64,000 nt of DNA from Eledone cirrhosa (taxonomy: Eukaryota). Where the stretch lies: the NCBI GenBank assembly GCA_964016885.1, contig OZ024740.1:70618001-70682000 (forward strand), in the 5' to 3' direction. Of the stretch, positions 37,400-50,977 are shown piece by piece (position 1 is the first letter of the stretch; every line of letters starts with the position of its first letter). A model generated the notes under the pieces. That model worked only from the letters and a program-made list of their open reading frames with translations, was not told the origin of the DNA and did not search any database. The position numbers and the translations under genes were made by a program.

Positions 37400-40390
37400 A
37401 GAGTATTGAAGTTTGCTTGAAGCATTGTGGAACAATAAGTAAATATCTTTAAGTCGTTTGGAAGCCTCGACAATGCAAATGGCTAAATCTCCGGGTAACA
37501 AGGTCCGGTGGTGGAGAGAGAGATGTAAGTGGGTGTACGTTGAGATGCGTGGTGTGTATAAGAAGTGTGAGATGTGTAGAATGAAGGGAAGAGTATAAAG
37601 GATAAAATAAAAATAACAACACAAGAGAGAGTTACCTTGGGAGAGATTTAATAGTCCCTATATATTTCGGATTCACATCCATCAACTGGGGTTTTTTCCG
37701 GGGTGGGGGAAAAGGTTGTCTGTCGGACAAGTCCGGAACGCGTCCTTCACTGTTTGTTGTTTTGAATATCTGAGGTATTCGGCAGAGCGCGCGTGCGCGT
37801 GTAATGGGGTCGGTCGTACAGAGGTCAGCGGCCGAATGAGGGAGTGGGATGGCGCTAGCTGTCAGTCCATTCTCTGCCTGTTTGTTAAATGTTACTGTGT
37901 GTGTGTGTGCGTGTGTTGTTGTCTCGCTTGAGTGTGTGTGTGTGCGTGTGTTGTTGCCTTGTTCCTCTGTATTGGCAGTGTAGTATGTTGGTATGGTGGA
38001 ATGCTACTGTGTGTGTGTGCGTGTGTGTGTGTAGTTGTCTCGTTTGCGTGTGTGTGTGTGTGCGTGTGTTGTGTGTTGTTGTATCGCTTGTTAACTTAAA
38101 CCAGCCATCTCATTTCGCTTCTCTCTGATCGGTTGTTTATTTGCGGTTGCAGTCGTTTGATAAAAAGCGCTTCCTTGATACGTAACGTGCCGACGTTTCT
38201 TTCAGTCGCTAGAATTGTGACAATGGGCCTTCCGTCTTTGTTTCCGCATTTGTCTATGTGTTTCCGGAAAGACGAGGCCCTGTTTTTAATGTGTTCCTTG
38301 ATCCGGATGTGCAAAGGTCGAATTGTGCTACCTATGTAGTATTGGTTGCACCTGTCACATTCTATCTTATACACGACGTATGTGCGTAGGCAACAGTTCG
38401 CATGGCGTATCGAGCAGTCTCTGAGGGAGCATGCGTCAGTAGATTTTTCGGGTTTCCTGGAGAGGCATCTTCGCAGGGAGGGGCCCGAGTGGGCCAGGTG
38501 GATGTCGAGGCCCTCCCTCCGTATAGCCTTGCGGATAGCGTTGGTGGTTTTCTCGCCCAGGTGTGGCATTTTAAGGAAGCACTTGCCTTGGGTGCTTCTC
38601 TGTCTCTTGCGTCTGGTGTCTCCTATTCTGTCTGTGATCGAGGTAGGGTACCCATCGTCTCCAGCACCTCGAGGAATCGCTTGGTATGAGTGACACCACT
38701 CGCGGGATCGCTGCATCTGTTTTTCATTCGCGCGATCTCGTTCGTGATGTATCCTCTTTTGGCACTGTTAGGGAGGGCGGACTTGTAGTGAACGAATAGG
38801 TCCCTGCAGGCTGCCTTTCGGTAGAAGTTGCAGTGGATCCTTCCCTGTTCCGTGATGTTGATTCGGAAGTCGAGGAGGGCAAGTCACCCGTCTTCGTTGG
38901 GGTGTTCAACACTGAAGTTAATGTTCTCGTCCGTGTTGTTGAACGTCTCATAGATTCTGTTCGCCGTGTCTTGGGAAGATGTGAGGATGAGGATATCGTC
39001 CACGTACCTTGAGAAAAAGGCTACGGCGTTGGGGTGGCAGGCGTTGAGTGCCTTGCGTTCGAGGTTGTCCATGTAAGAGATCGCTAGCACACCTGATAGG
39101 CTTGATCCCATGGGCAATCCCGAGGTTTGTTGGTATATTTGGTCAAGGAATCCGAAGTAGGTGTTGTCGACGACGATGGATAGGAGTTGGTGGATGTCAG
39201 TGGTGGTGAGCCCGAAGCAGTGTAGGTCGGTGGATTGGACGCGTTCCATTAGTATATTGACGGCCGGGACCGAGGTGTAGAGAGCGACTACATCAAGGCT
39301 GAAGGCATATCTGTTATTCCTTCTGGTGTCGGGATCCATTTGATGCAGGCGCTTCAACACCTCCTCGGAGCTGTTAACGTGTCCCGGCAAGGTGTCTAAG
39401 ATGGGTTTGAGTATTCTGGCTAGGAGCCATGACATTTTGTAGAGTGGTCCCTCCACGCTCGATACGATGGGCCTGATTTTCAGGTCGGGTCCCTGTTTGT
39501 GTGTTTTCACGAGGTGGTAGAAGGCGGGTAGTCTGCTGTTCCTCGTGAGGAGGTTGTATCTCAGCTTCTTCGGGAGCTTCCGCCGGTCGCAGATGTTGGT
39601 CCAGGCGGAGTTGATGTGTTCTTCTATCTGCGCGGGAGTGATTCCCGTGACCTTGGAGTAGAGGTTGTCATCGTCAAGGTGTTGGAGGGCCAGGGTGTTG
39701 TAGGCCTCTCTGCTGATGACGCAGAATTCTTTTCCCTTGTCGGAGGGGAGATAGATGAGGTTCTTCGATTTTAGGTTGGAGAGAGTGGTGAGTTGAGATT
39801 TGGTGAGTTTATGTGTTGTGCGTGTGTGTGTGTGTGTTTGTGAAGTATATCCGAGATGGAGTGTTTTAGCCTGAAGTGTTTAGTGTCGAGTTCGTGGTTG
39901 GTGGGTGGGGGGTGGAGTGGGTTGTCGGGGTGGTAAGTGGGGAACTTGGGGGGGGTTGCGTCGGCGCTGTTATTTTCTGTGGCGCTGTTGATGGCGGTCA
40001 CCCATTTAAGTTGGTAAGCGGCTCGACAAAAGTTGGCCTCGATGTTGAGTTTGAGTCTGTCGTCGAGACGTAGTGTGACGGTGAACTTAGGTCCGAGGTG
40101 TAGGAGTTTCAGCTCGTCACTCGTGAGAGTGCCGGTTAGGTCGGTGACCAGGTGCGTCGCATCGTTGAGGTATGGCTCGGTGTTGGTGGTTGCGGCGGTG
40201 GCGGTTGTTAAGTTGTTGTTTTCTACGTGGTTCTGGTCCGTCTGTTCGTTAGTGTCGATGTTCTCGTTGTGGCGTTTCGACAAGATCCACTCATATTTCC
40301 GCTTGAGCCGTTTTTTCTCGTATTGGACTCTGGAGTGGTAGCACTGGTCGATTGCTTTAGTGATTTTCAGGAGCAAATCTCCGGGTGCTA
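37400..40390 (-). mobile_element. Penelope-like retroelement (RT plus GIY-YIG), frameshifted, 5'-truncated at (TA)n
   Basis: LHLGPKF, PSDKG, KTHK, RPIVS, DVVALYTSVP, GLPMGSSLSG, RYVDD, VVYKIECDRC..YIGSTIRPLHIRIKEH..KEA..IN. Frameshifts near 39830, 38880 and 38720. Degenerate HHR at 37656-37691. Confidence 0.9.
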
Positions 40391-40397
40391 TATATAT

Positions 40398-40816
40398 ATA
40401 AGAATAAAGGAACAAAGAGTCAATGTTGCAGCATAACATATTTAATAACATATTACATGTTTCACTGTCGATCAGCTCGAGGAACGATCTATCATTGATC
40501 GAACCTGACTCTGGAATCTAAAGATCCTCAGATATGCCTCAGTATGTAATCTCGTCTCAGATTTTGTGACTCAAAATCCGAGACGAGATTACATACTGAG
40601 ACATATCTGAGGATCTTTAGATTCCAGAGTCAGGTTCGATCAATGATAGATCGTTCCTCGAGCTGATCGACAGTGAAACATATGTAATATGTTATTAAAT
40701 ATGTTATGCTGCAACATTGACTCTTTGTTCCTTTATTCTTATACTATTATACCTTGCTCTGCACGGCATCGAGTGCTCACCCGGCATACCGCCTACGGAC
40801 GCAATTTTCTTGCAAC
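40398..40816 (+). mobile_element. HHR-bearing non-coding module with about 170-bp snap-back arms
   Basis: 40398-40566 is the reverse complement of 40572-40743; unique 3' tail to 40816, then (TA)n. Confidence 0.8.
40601..40692 (+). ncRNA. Type I hammerhead with 61-nt stem II domain
   Basis: ACATAT-CTGAGGA-[61 nt]-GAAA-CATATG-TA-ATATGT. The base of stem II pairs poorly. Confidence 0.6.
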
Positions 40817-40825
40817 TATATATAT

Positions 40826-40880
<55 letters not shown>

Positions 40881-40951
40881 TCGAAAAAAGCTAAACACAG
40901 AGATACAACAACAATAATCTTATATTCATGCTTTAAAAAGGAAAAAGAAAA

Positions 40952-40987
40952 GTTCAACATTTCGGACGTTAGTCCTTCGACAGGAGT
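40952..40987 (-). ncRNA. Degenerate minimal hammerhead
   Basis: ACTC-CTGTCGA-a-GGAC(taac)GTCC-GAAA-TG-TT-GAAC. Confidence 0.4.
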
Positions 40988-41057
40988 GAAGAAGTAGAAG
41001 GATAAGATTCAGAGAGTAGAAGTAGGACATATAAGTGTGTGTGTTGTATCCACCATA

Positions 41058-41169
<112 letters not shown>

Positions 41170-41899
41170 CTGGAGCTGTGCATACTTAGTTGTGTATGTA
41201 AGCTCTGGTGTATCAGCATCATATATGTGCGTGGTTAGTCATTGCATGTATCAAATAAAGTTATAAGACAAAACATAATACCATCTAACTCCAAACGGTG
41301 AAGTAACTGAAGTGAAAATAAAATGACAATGGCCGTTATATCGTCATTGTATGCAACAATATTCGATGCTAAGTGAGAATGTGTGAGTACGTACATGTGC
41401 CGATATGTGTGCGTGCGAGTATATATGTGTTTCTACGTGTGTTTTTATAAGCAAGTGCATTAAAGTTTATGTTGTATGTATAATGTATCCATGTGTGTGA
41501 GAGTATTTTCGTGGAATCCAGGGAGAGTGTATGCGTTGGATGTGCATGTATTTAGGACATGTTTGTGGGATGCGGTGGGGACAGTAGATCAGAGGAAGCG
41601 GGCCGTAGTATTCAGGCCCTAAATGTTAGAAGTATGTAGAAACAATAAGTTAGAACGTCGGATAGAATGCTTTATGGTATTTCTTCCGGCTCTCCACGCT
41701 CTGAGTTCAAATCCCGCCGAGGTCAACTTTGTCTTTCATCGTTTCAAAGTCGATAAAAAATGTACCAGTCGAGTACTGGAGTCGATTCTTCCTCTACATC
41801 TCTTTTTCATTTTCTCTCTCTCGCTTACTATCTTTCTCTGGAAGAAATCTGCTGTACTCAGGCCTGGAGAGGGATGGGCTCCACCAATCTTACAATTTC

Positions 41900-42678
41900 C
41901 AAGAAACGCCGTATGTCAATATGCATAAAGAATTAAAACAATGTTTTATTCGAAATTTCCAGTCTTAAAGAACTTTCAGCAGTTAATCGCTAAACGAAAT
42001 GTTTTATTTTTTCATGTCAGGAATCTGTTGGCATTGGTTAACGATTGGTCACACCAGAGTAGGATTTTCAAAAGGCATAAGCTTTGGTTGAAATCATCGT
42101 AAAAGCTGTTAGAATTTGAAGTAACTGGCTATAGATGTTAGGGTATTTATTTTTCTCTCCTAAGTATGAGGTTTCAGAATTTAAAAGTTAAAGACCATAT
42201 ATTTTACAAAAATGTTTTTAGTATTGATTATAAGGGTCGAAAAAGCCTTAGTAGAAACGGAATCCTTATTAGACATTTTCCTTCCAAGGTCAGTTACAGG
42301 GCTACTTAACCGGGATCACGCGCTCAAAGTCCAGAGAATATATATTAGAATTTATATATATAAATATATTTTCCTCCTTTTGTTCTACTTGTAAGATCAT
42401 GAACAACTATTTTTTTCAGTACACGAGCCTTGAGGTTCAGCGCATGATCCTGGCTAAATAGCTCTGTTGCTGCTAGTTTCTTACACTATAGCCTTTTTCT
42501 TCAACTTCTATTAGGATGATTTCAACTAAAGCTTATGCTTTTTCAAAATACTACTCTGCTCCGTCCGACCGTTGACCAACGTTACAACATAAAATCAGAC
42601 AAAACATAAAGTCTTTCAAAACTGAAAACTTTGAATGAAACTACGTTTTAATTATTTATATGCATTGTCTAGGTTTCT
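41900..42678. mobile_element. Old MITE/foldback with long diverged inverted arms
   Basis: GCATAAGCTTTGGTTGAAATCATC (42076) vs GATGATTTCAACTAAAGCTTATGC (42515); CAGGGCTACTTAACCGGGATCACGCGC vs GCGCATGATCCTGGCTAAATAGCTCTG. Confidence 0.55.
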
Positions 42679-42732
42679 AATCATTTATAATTATCAAATT
42701 GTCGCAATGCTTTCGAAATCTGCCTCGACCCT

Positions 42733-42853
<121 letters not shown>

Positions 42854-45160
42854 CACACAGACAGGACTCTTTCCGTCTACCCAAATTTGACTCATGGTCG
42901 TCGTTGGAGACACTTGCTAGAGGGAGAGAGGGCTGGAGGAAGATGAAGGAGGGAAAAGAAGAATAATTACCAACAGGAAAAGAACGAAAAATTAAAACAC
43001 ATATATGAATGCGCGCGTGTGTGAAATATGTTAAGTCAAATATATTTCTGAGACAGTAATTAGGTGAGTACTTAGTGAAACGTGGACATATGTGTAAACA
43101 CTGCCAATAAATCTAAAACAAGATAATACCTTGGACTGTTATTTTAACCTTTTGATTTTAATAACTGTAACAATGGCATTTCAAAGCTAAAGAGGACAAG
43201 AGCAATGAAAAGGACCATTGTTGGTGGGCTGAGTCTGTGATCGAAACTCTTCCAATATGTGTCAATTTAGGCTTACAACCCTAGCAGCTGCTAGGGTTGT
43301 TATTCTTTTTATTGATGATGCTGCTGTTGCTGCTGCTGATGCTGCTGCCGATGCTGCTGTGGTGGCAGTGGTGACGGTGGCTCACACCTGCGCTGGATTT
43401 CTGGCTTCCTATGGGATCATATTTTATGGGAGGTTTGTTGTGTTCTTTATGATAAGGCCCTTGTCGCTGTTTATTTGTTTTCAGTGACAGAAGGCGGAAT
43501 TTGAACTCAGAACGCAGAGAGCTGACCATACTAAACCTTCCTATATATTTGCCTCTTTTTCTTTTTTTCTCTGAAAGAAATCTCCCTATCAGGAGTTAAG
43601 TGTCGATGGAATGATATATATCAATGATATGTGTCGAAGAGAATAGAATCCTATATTTGTGATTCTGAGCTCAAATATACTAGAGGTCGGCTTTGGTCTA
43701 TGGCGGTTCGAATGTCACGAATTCAGTACCCGTAGAGTGCGTAGGTCTGCACAAAATGAATATTATTCCCATAAGCGGCTAATTTTAATCGACGGAAAAT
43801 TGGCAGAGTCATATGAGCGTACAAAATGTCATGCGGAATGCGTTCCCTGTACTCTGTATTCAAATCCCGTGGAATTCAATTTTACCTTTCATCCTTTCTG
43901 AAGAGTTGCCTTTTGATATTCGTTCCGGCTCTTCGTGTTCTAAGTTCAAACCAACCGTGTCTTACTGTTAGACTTAATCTGTCGTTCGGTTTAACACCAC
44001 CTCCTAACTAGGGACTACCTTTAGTGGAATCCACTCCGATGGAAGCATTCGAGCTTTCTTTTCTTTGTGGATACTTTTCTCCCACCAATCTCGGAACTCC
44101 AAAAAAGATCATTAACACAATTCTCTTTTCTCTCACTAAAGAGTAAAAAATAAATAGATAAAAGAAATCATGATTAAAACTCAACTATTTTTTGCCCAAA
44201 CAATTCCCGTCTTTTCGAGGTAAACTCTCAGTGACTTAGGCAGTTCCAAATTATAGTAACAGGAGTAGTATATGCTATGGGTCCCTAATTTTCAAACTCC
44301 ATACTAAATGCTTCATTACTAACATTTTTTTTAAATGCTTTCAATTTCTATTAACGCCTAGACGTTTAAAATTATTTCAATACTCTGTATTCTTCCAAGA
44401 CTCAATACTCTTTTCATCAAACAAATTATCTTCTCCCCATTCGAAGGAGGTTGATCCCTCATCTGTGACGCCATATTTTGTGATACGTTCTCCGCCTCCA
44501 ACTTATTCGCTTCGTCCACAAACTCCGGAATCGTGGTCCGCAATGCAGAAGAAAAGAAGTAAAACAAATACTGGGGATTGTCCAGTCGCTTCCTCTTCGT
44601 ACCGGTCACCGTCGAGGCCACAACCTCAGATACCGTACTCCCGAGCTACTCCGCAAGATTGGGACGTCAGCAGCCCTTCTGAGGAAGGAGCGCCGTAAGT
44701 GGGGTGGCTGTTACAGCAGGTTTTGTCCGCGGGGTGCAGCCCTAACACCGCCGCGCCCTGGGCCCTGAACCTATCATCCCCATTCACCCTCCCACTCTTC
44801 TGTAGCCAAAGAACCTTTTTCCATTTTTAAATATGTGTAGTGTTTTTTTTATAGTTATTCATTCCTATATACAATTGTAAATAATTCAATTTTAAGAAAA
44901 GGGAGGAAGCAAAGATTTACTGATGTCATTGTCCTATTTAATTAACAAATTAAAAAGGACAATGCCTTGCGCTATTTGCCTCGGCTCATACATACCCTAT
45001 GAGTCCGTTTCCAGCCCGAATCAACTTTTTTTTTCTTTTTGCCTTTTCAGATGAAATAAAGTAACAAACAAGTACTAGCTCAATTAATCAACTACTGACT
45101 TGTGGTGACATGCAATGGGCTACCAGGGGGAGGTAATGCTTGAAATGCAAAGTGACTCAC

Positions 45161-45360
45161 CGGCAGGTGTACACTGCCACCGCATGTAGAAGATCTATCT
45201 GTAATACTTGATATTGTTTTTGCTCTTTGGTCAGCGAGGAAAGAATAGTGTCCATTACTTTCTTCAAAGCCTGCGAGAATGGTGGTGGAGGCAGGAAGGT
45301 ATCTTCTAACCGGAGACTCGGACCAAATATTTGCAACCAAGCGGACGCCATTAAAGATAC
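45161..45360 (-). CDS. Possible host exon (200 bp), product unknown
   Basis: CTTAG acceptor, open frame (G)IFNGVRLVANIWSESPVRRYLP...STCGGSVHLP, strong CCG|GTGAGT donor, non-repetitive composition. Confidence 0.35.
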
Positions 45361-46779
45361 CTAAGTGCCAGATTTTAACCTGGGTGACGGAAGCCTGCTC
45401 TTAAAGTAGGCCACAGTGAGACTCGAATTCAGAATGCAAAGAGCCGGAAAAAATACAAGGCATCTCGTCCGGCACTCTAGCAATTCTGTTGACCACCATG
45501 GATTTGGTACTGTATTTTTTCGTTATCTAAAAGATAAAAGGCAATGAGGATTTCGATGGGATTTGAACTCAGATCGCAGAAATAAATACAGCCTATCAAT
45601 TCGCCGCCTTACTGCCAATACTACACAACACTACACAACACTACACTACATACACATACACACATGCACTCACACGCACACATATTTTCTCATTCATTGA
45701 CACACGCACACTTTCTTTAAAACCAGTTCCGTAGATCAACCCTGGAATCTCGTGATTCAAATACATGCTTTAAATACGTAGTAGAAAAGAGAATGAGGTT
45801 GGGAAGAGAAACACTGTAGACGGAGTGACATGGCAGGACAGAGAGAGAGGGAGGAGAGTTGGAGAGAGAGTAGGGAGAGGAAGAGGGGGACGTGGTAGAG
45901 ATTCAAAGGAATGATAGAAAAAGAATAAAACATGTTGACATCTATCAATTCTGGTTTTAGGTTAAAAAATAACAAAACCGAAATGTATAAAATAACAGTC
46001 ACATGCCGTTCTCAAAGTTATGTAAAATTTTATTTTATTTTCTCACGTGACTTTTATCGCAATTTTCATCAACTAATCACCGCCGCCTCCAGCGAAGTAA
46101 ATCCCGAACTAATTAGAGAACGTCTAAAGGTCGTCGTTCGACTGCTAGAAATAGCAGCCAAACTACAATTAAAATCACACTTCCATCCTCTTAAAAAGGG
46201 GCACGTTAGATTGGATAAAGTGGTCCTATGTTCCTTACACATAGAAAAGGGGTGAGATAGTCATGAATGGAAATGACCTGAGACTAAACAACTCTCAACT
46301 AAATTAAGGAACCTTTGTGACCTACTAGAAACAGCTGCCACGTGCCCCTCAAATCACACACATGAGTCTTTAAACAAAGGAAAAGTACACTGGTTAGCTT
46401 AGTCCTAGATATCAAAGATCTGCTCAATCAAGTCTGTGATATGGTTAAAAAATCTCAGTGAAGGTACCAGTTATTCTACCAACAGAATGAGTAGTCTACA
46501 AACACGTATACCTTTAATGCGATTCTCAGAGCAATTCAGCGTGACATACAATATGATAAGGCAAGGCTTTTGGATTATATCTAGTCTATTTAACAGGCTT
46601 CCAAACAGCTTTTGTTTACTCAATTTCATTTACATGGCTTGGGTTGAGCTCAGGCTATGATAAAAAGCAATATCTCAAGATGCCACACAGTGAGATCGAA
46701 CCCGGAATCTCATGCTTGTGGAGCAATCTTAACCATTCTGTAGTGGCACTGCGTTGGTTACGACGATGAGTATTTCTGT

Positions 46780-47340
46780 TTATTGATATAGAGAGGGGGA
46801 TTGGAAGAGAGTTGGAAGAGAGTTTCATGTGGTAGATATATTATTCTCCCCAAACTACCAAAACACACATCTATTTATATATGCGCTACAATTTATGTAC
46901 ATGTAGATATAGAGAGGGGGAGAGTTTCCTGTTCATTGATATAGAGAGAGGGGTTGGAAGAGAGTTCCGTGTAGTAGATGAATAGAGTGAGAGGATTGAT
47001 AGTGATAGGTATCGATAGATATATAGAGGGGGAAAGTTTGGTAGTAATGGATAGAGTGAGAGGGAATAAGAGAGAGTGCTGTATGGTAGATATAGAGAGG
47101 GAGAGGGTTTGGTGCTAATTGATATAGAGAGAGGTATTGGAAGAGAGTTCCGTATAGTAGGTATACAGAGGGGAAGAGTTTGGTGCTAATTTATATAGAG
47201 AGGGGGATTGGAAGTGAGTTCCGTTGAGGAGATATAACGAAGGGGAGAGTGTGGAGTTAATTTACATAGAGAGGGGGATTGGGAGAGAGTGGTGCATGGT
47301 TGATGTAGAGAAGGGAGAGTTTGGTGGTAATGTATCGAGT
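46780..47340. repeat. Purine-rich minisatellite
   Basis: Same units as 34870-35150, with the same associated block TTCTCCC-AAACTACCAAAACACACATCTATTT..ATGCGCTACAATTTATGTAC. Confidence 0.7.
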
Positions 47341-47371
47341 GAGACGATTCATAGAAATAAGCATTGATATG

Positions 47372-47660
47372 GTCTGAGTTCAAATCCCGCCGAGGTTAAC
47401 TTTGCCTTTCATCCTTACGGTGTCGATAAAATAAAGTACCAGTAATACACTGGGGAAATGCTGGCCTTGTGCCAAAAGTAGAAACAATTATTTTCAAATT
47501 GGAAGGGCGGTGGATTGGCATGGCGGTGGACGCAATGCTTTGCAGCATAGAGTTACGGGGTCGGATAATTAAAGTACCAGACATGTACTGGCGTCGATTT
47601 AATCGACTTTCAACTCCCCCCAAATTGCTGGCCTTGTGCCTATATAAGAAACCATTATTT
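47372..47660 (+). mobile_element. Two adjacent tRNA-SINE copies (one 5'-truncated, one internally deleted)
   Basis: B box, GTCGATAAAATAAAGTACCAG and GCTGGCCTTGTGCC blocks. Confidence 0.75.
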
Positions 47661-47876
47661 TCAACTTGGAAACTGATTGGTATTCGGATATTTATAGCAG
47701 CGGGATTTTTTTTTTCTTCTGTATACAAATATATTTTGTTTGGATTTGAAGTGTAAAAATATATTGTGTTTGCATTTATAATTACATTTTCTTTCAAAAT
47801 AAATTGAAACTTATACAAAAACATTTTTTTTAAATTTTCTAGTAGCTGGGGTGTTTGTTTTGCATGTGTATGTATG

Positions 47877-48040
<164 letters not shown>

Positions 48041-48208
48041 CACATATATATATATATATATACATGCATACATACATATATACATACATACACATAATAT
48101 TATGTAATACGCATTCATATATATACAGGCACATAGAAACACACGTTTGTGTGTATACGTGTCTTTGTATATATGTGTCTGTCTGTCTTCCCACACTTCC
48201 TCTCACAC

Positions 48209-48292
<84 letters not shown>

Positions 48293-48293
<1 letters not shown>

Positions 48294-48898
48294 CAGGTCA
48301 CCACTTGGTGCTACTGGTAACATGTATCCCAGTACAACCTGTCTCATGGTCGGGTCGTTGGCGACTAAACTGGCAACCCCACCAAAGTTTCTTGGTGAGG
48401 AGGGTGACTTTGGACATCCTGCAGGACTAAAAACAAAACCTGTCAAAGGGCAAAGGACCTCTTAAGAGTCAATGGCCATCCAAAATCACTGGGAGAGATG
48501 ACCCCTTAGCCTTTGTCAAGGCAGAATTCTAGGAGAAGGAAAACTCTGATATAACACCTGCAACTCTGATGGTATCCAATGATGTTGACTTGTTCTTGTT
48601 TTTGGTAAATATCATCTTGGTTAAGAGAGTGGGACTGGCTTTGTGCAGTGCCTTTGCTCACTATAAAAGCTTCACGGCACAGGCATTGCTTTGTATCTGG
48701 AGATCTCTCTGCACTTGTCGTCACATGGTACCAAAGGCAAAGCACTATGTGTCAATAATTGTCACAAGTGTAGTGTTTGTACCAGAGTTTTCAAGTTGCT
48801 GGCTGGATTAAAAAGTCACACTTCAGCGCATTGGTGGGGGTTCTCCTTCATGGATATAAAGTAGTGGCCGTACTCGAAAACGAGTTGGCAGCCACCAT
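48293..48898 (+). mobile_element. Bipartite RTE-derived non-autonomous element, full-length copy (about 605 bp)
   Basis: Starts TCAGGTCACC, ends GGCAGCCACCAT; same ends as 57864-58472; inserted in (TA)n. Confidence 0.8.
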
Positions 48899-49033
48899 AT
48901 ATACATATAAACGTAAATTTAATATAGAAATGGCTTCTACAGGATCAGAACTGTTTCATTCGAAAGAGTACCTTACTGTGGTTACCCCCGATTGAACCCG
49001 GCACTTATATATATATATATTTATTATTATTAC

Positions 49034-49064
<31 letters not shown>

Positions 49065-49070
49065 TATTAT

Positions 49071-49162
<92 letters not shown>

Positions 49163-49414
49163 ATAATAATAAATGTGAAGACTAAAATCCAAACAGGGCT
49201 CGATAAGGATAAATATATATCAAATATATAGGAACCGTAGAGCAAATATTTATTAAAACAACAGATTAAAGTTTAAGCAAAGAATCGCTGCCTTCACCCT
49301 TATTGGGATCTTTGCTTAAACGTTAATCTGTTATTTTAATATATATATATATATATATATAATATAATAAAATGACAGGAGGCTGGACTTGTGTAAATCC
49401 TTGAAAGGTTTATT

Positions 49415-49472
49415 ATACTATGATCATTTCAATGACCGGGTTCCGTATGAATCCGGTGATATCATCAGGTAT
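49415..49472 (-). ncRNA. Type I hammerhead ribozyme
   Basis: ATAC-CTGATGA-tatc-ACCGG...CCGGT-catt-GAAA-TGATCA-TA-GTAT; AATAAA just downstream. Confidence 0.65.
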
Positions 49473-50303
49473 TCGAAATATAATAAATGAATGTAATAGA
49501 TAAAATCCATGGGGCTGAAAATCAAAGACCGGAGGACGACCGACCATCTAGCATCTTCCACTTTAGCCGGTCGCCCTCAAGTGCTGGCTATTCGGTCTAC
49601 TTGAGGCTATCTGGTGAGGGGGGGGGGGGGTAAAGCTTATAGTGTGCTACTACCCTCCCGGTCAAATAGAAGAAAAACAGAAAGGGAGGGGAAGATAAGT
49701 CAGCGTTAATATCATGCTACACGAACAAAGTCATTTTATTATAATATTTAACTCCGTACTAGCACCACCAACTACAAAAACGAAGACTGTTGAACTGCTT
49801 TACGTTGAGTACTCTCCATATTATTACATTAAGATTGACTATACGGAATTGACCAGATCTATCCAGTGGTGAACCTTCAAAACTGAATATATATATATAT
49901 ATATATATATGGAAAAGAATGAAACGAAATTTCTTTTCTCACTCTTAGTACGGCTGATACTTAATATATATAAGTATGTATGCGTACATACATATATGTA
50001 TACAGACGTACAGTAGTATGTATATATATACATACATGTACACATATATATATGCACGTTTGGGTTTACCGAACATTTATTATAATGTTCGGTTTGTTTG
50101 TTTGTAAACAAACAGCCCGAATTAAGCCGTACAGTGTTCAGCAACCATCGTTGCCGTAAACCCATACGTGCATATATATATATATGTACATGTATGTATA
50201 TATATATACATACTACTGTACGTCTGTATACATATATGTATGTACGTATACATACTTATATATATATATACTCTTTTACCTATTCCAGCCATCCGGCTGA
50301 GGC

Positions 50304-50387
<84 letters not shown>

Positions 50388-50418
50388 GAGGGAGAGAGTG
50401 AGAGAGAGAGAGAGAGAT

Positions 50419-50467
<49 letters not shown>

Positions 50468-50878
50468 GAGAGAGAGAGAGAGAGAGAGACAGAGTGAGAA
50501 TAAACGCCATACACCATGTTAACTATCTTACAGCACTGATCACTAGTTGCTTAGTATGATCATAGTACCAAAGACGTTAATTCGGTCAACAAGGACATTT
50601 TTGTCAGTCGTCTTACCAATAAACTGTTGGTAGGATATCTTTAATGAAGTCTTCTCTCTATCTCTTTAACTGACACCTATACGCTCCGTTTAGTCTAGAT
50701 CTAAAAGTCTGTATGACTTACAGGATGCTGGCTGTTGAAACATAAGGGGTGTATATTTGTAAAGATCAATAGATGGGCGGAAGTAATTAGTTATCATCAG
50801 TATTTAGTTATTTCTGAAATATCTTCTCAGACACACAGATACAAACTGAATTGATGCGGTAACAACTGGTGAATACCT

Positions 50879-50973
<95 letters not shown>

Positions 50974-50977
<4 letters not shown>

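Noticed and set aside
44358-44770. 87-aa ORF near a GC-rich CAGGGCCC-like end as a hAT transposase fragment
   Set aside because: No transposase motif recognised and no partner TIR found.
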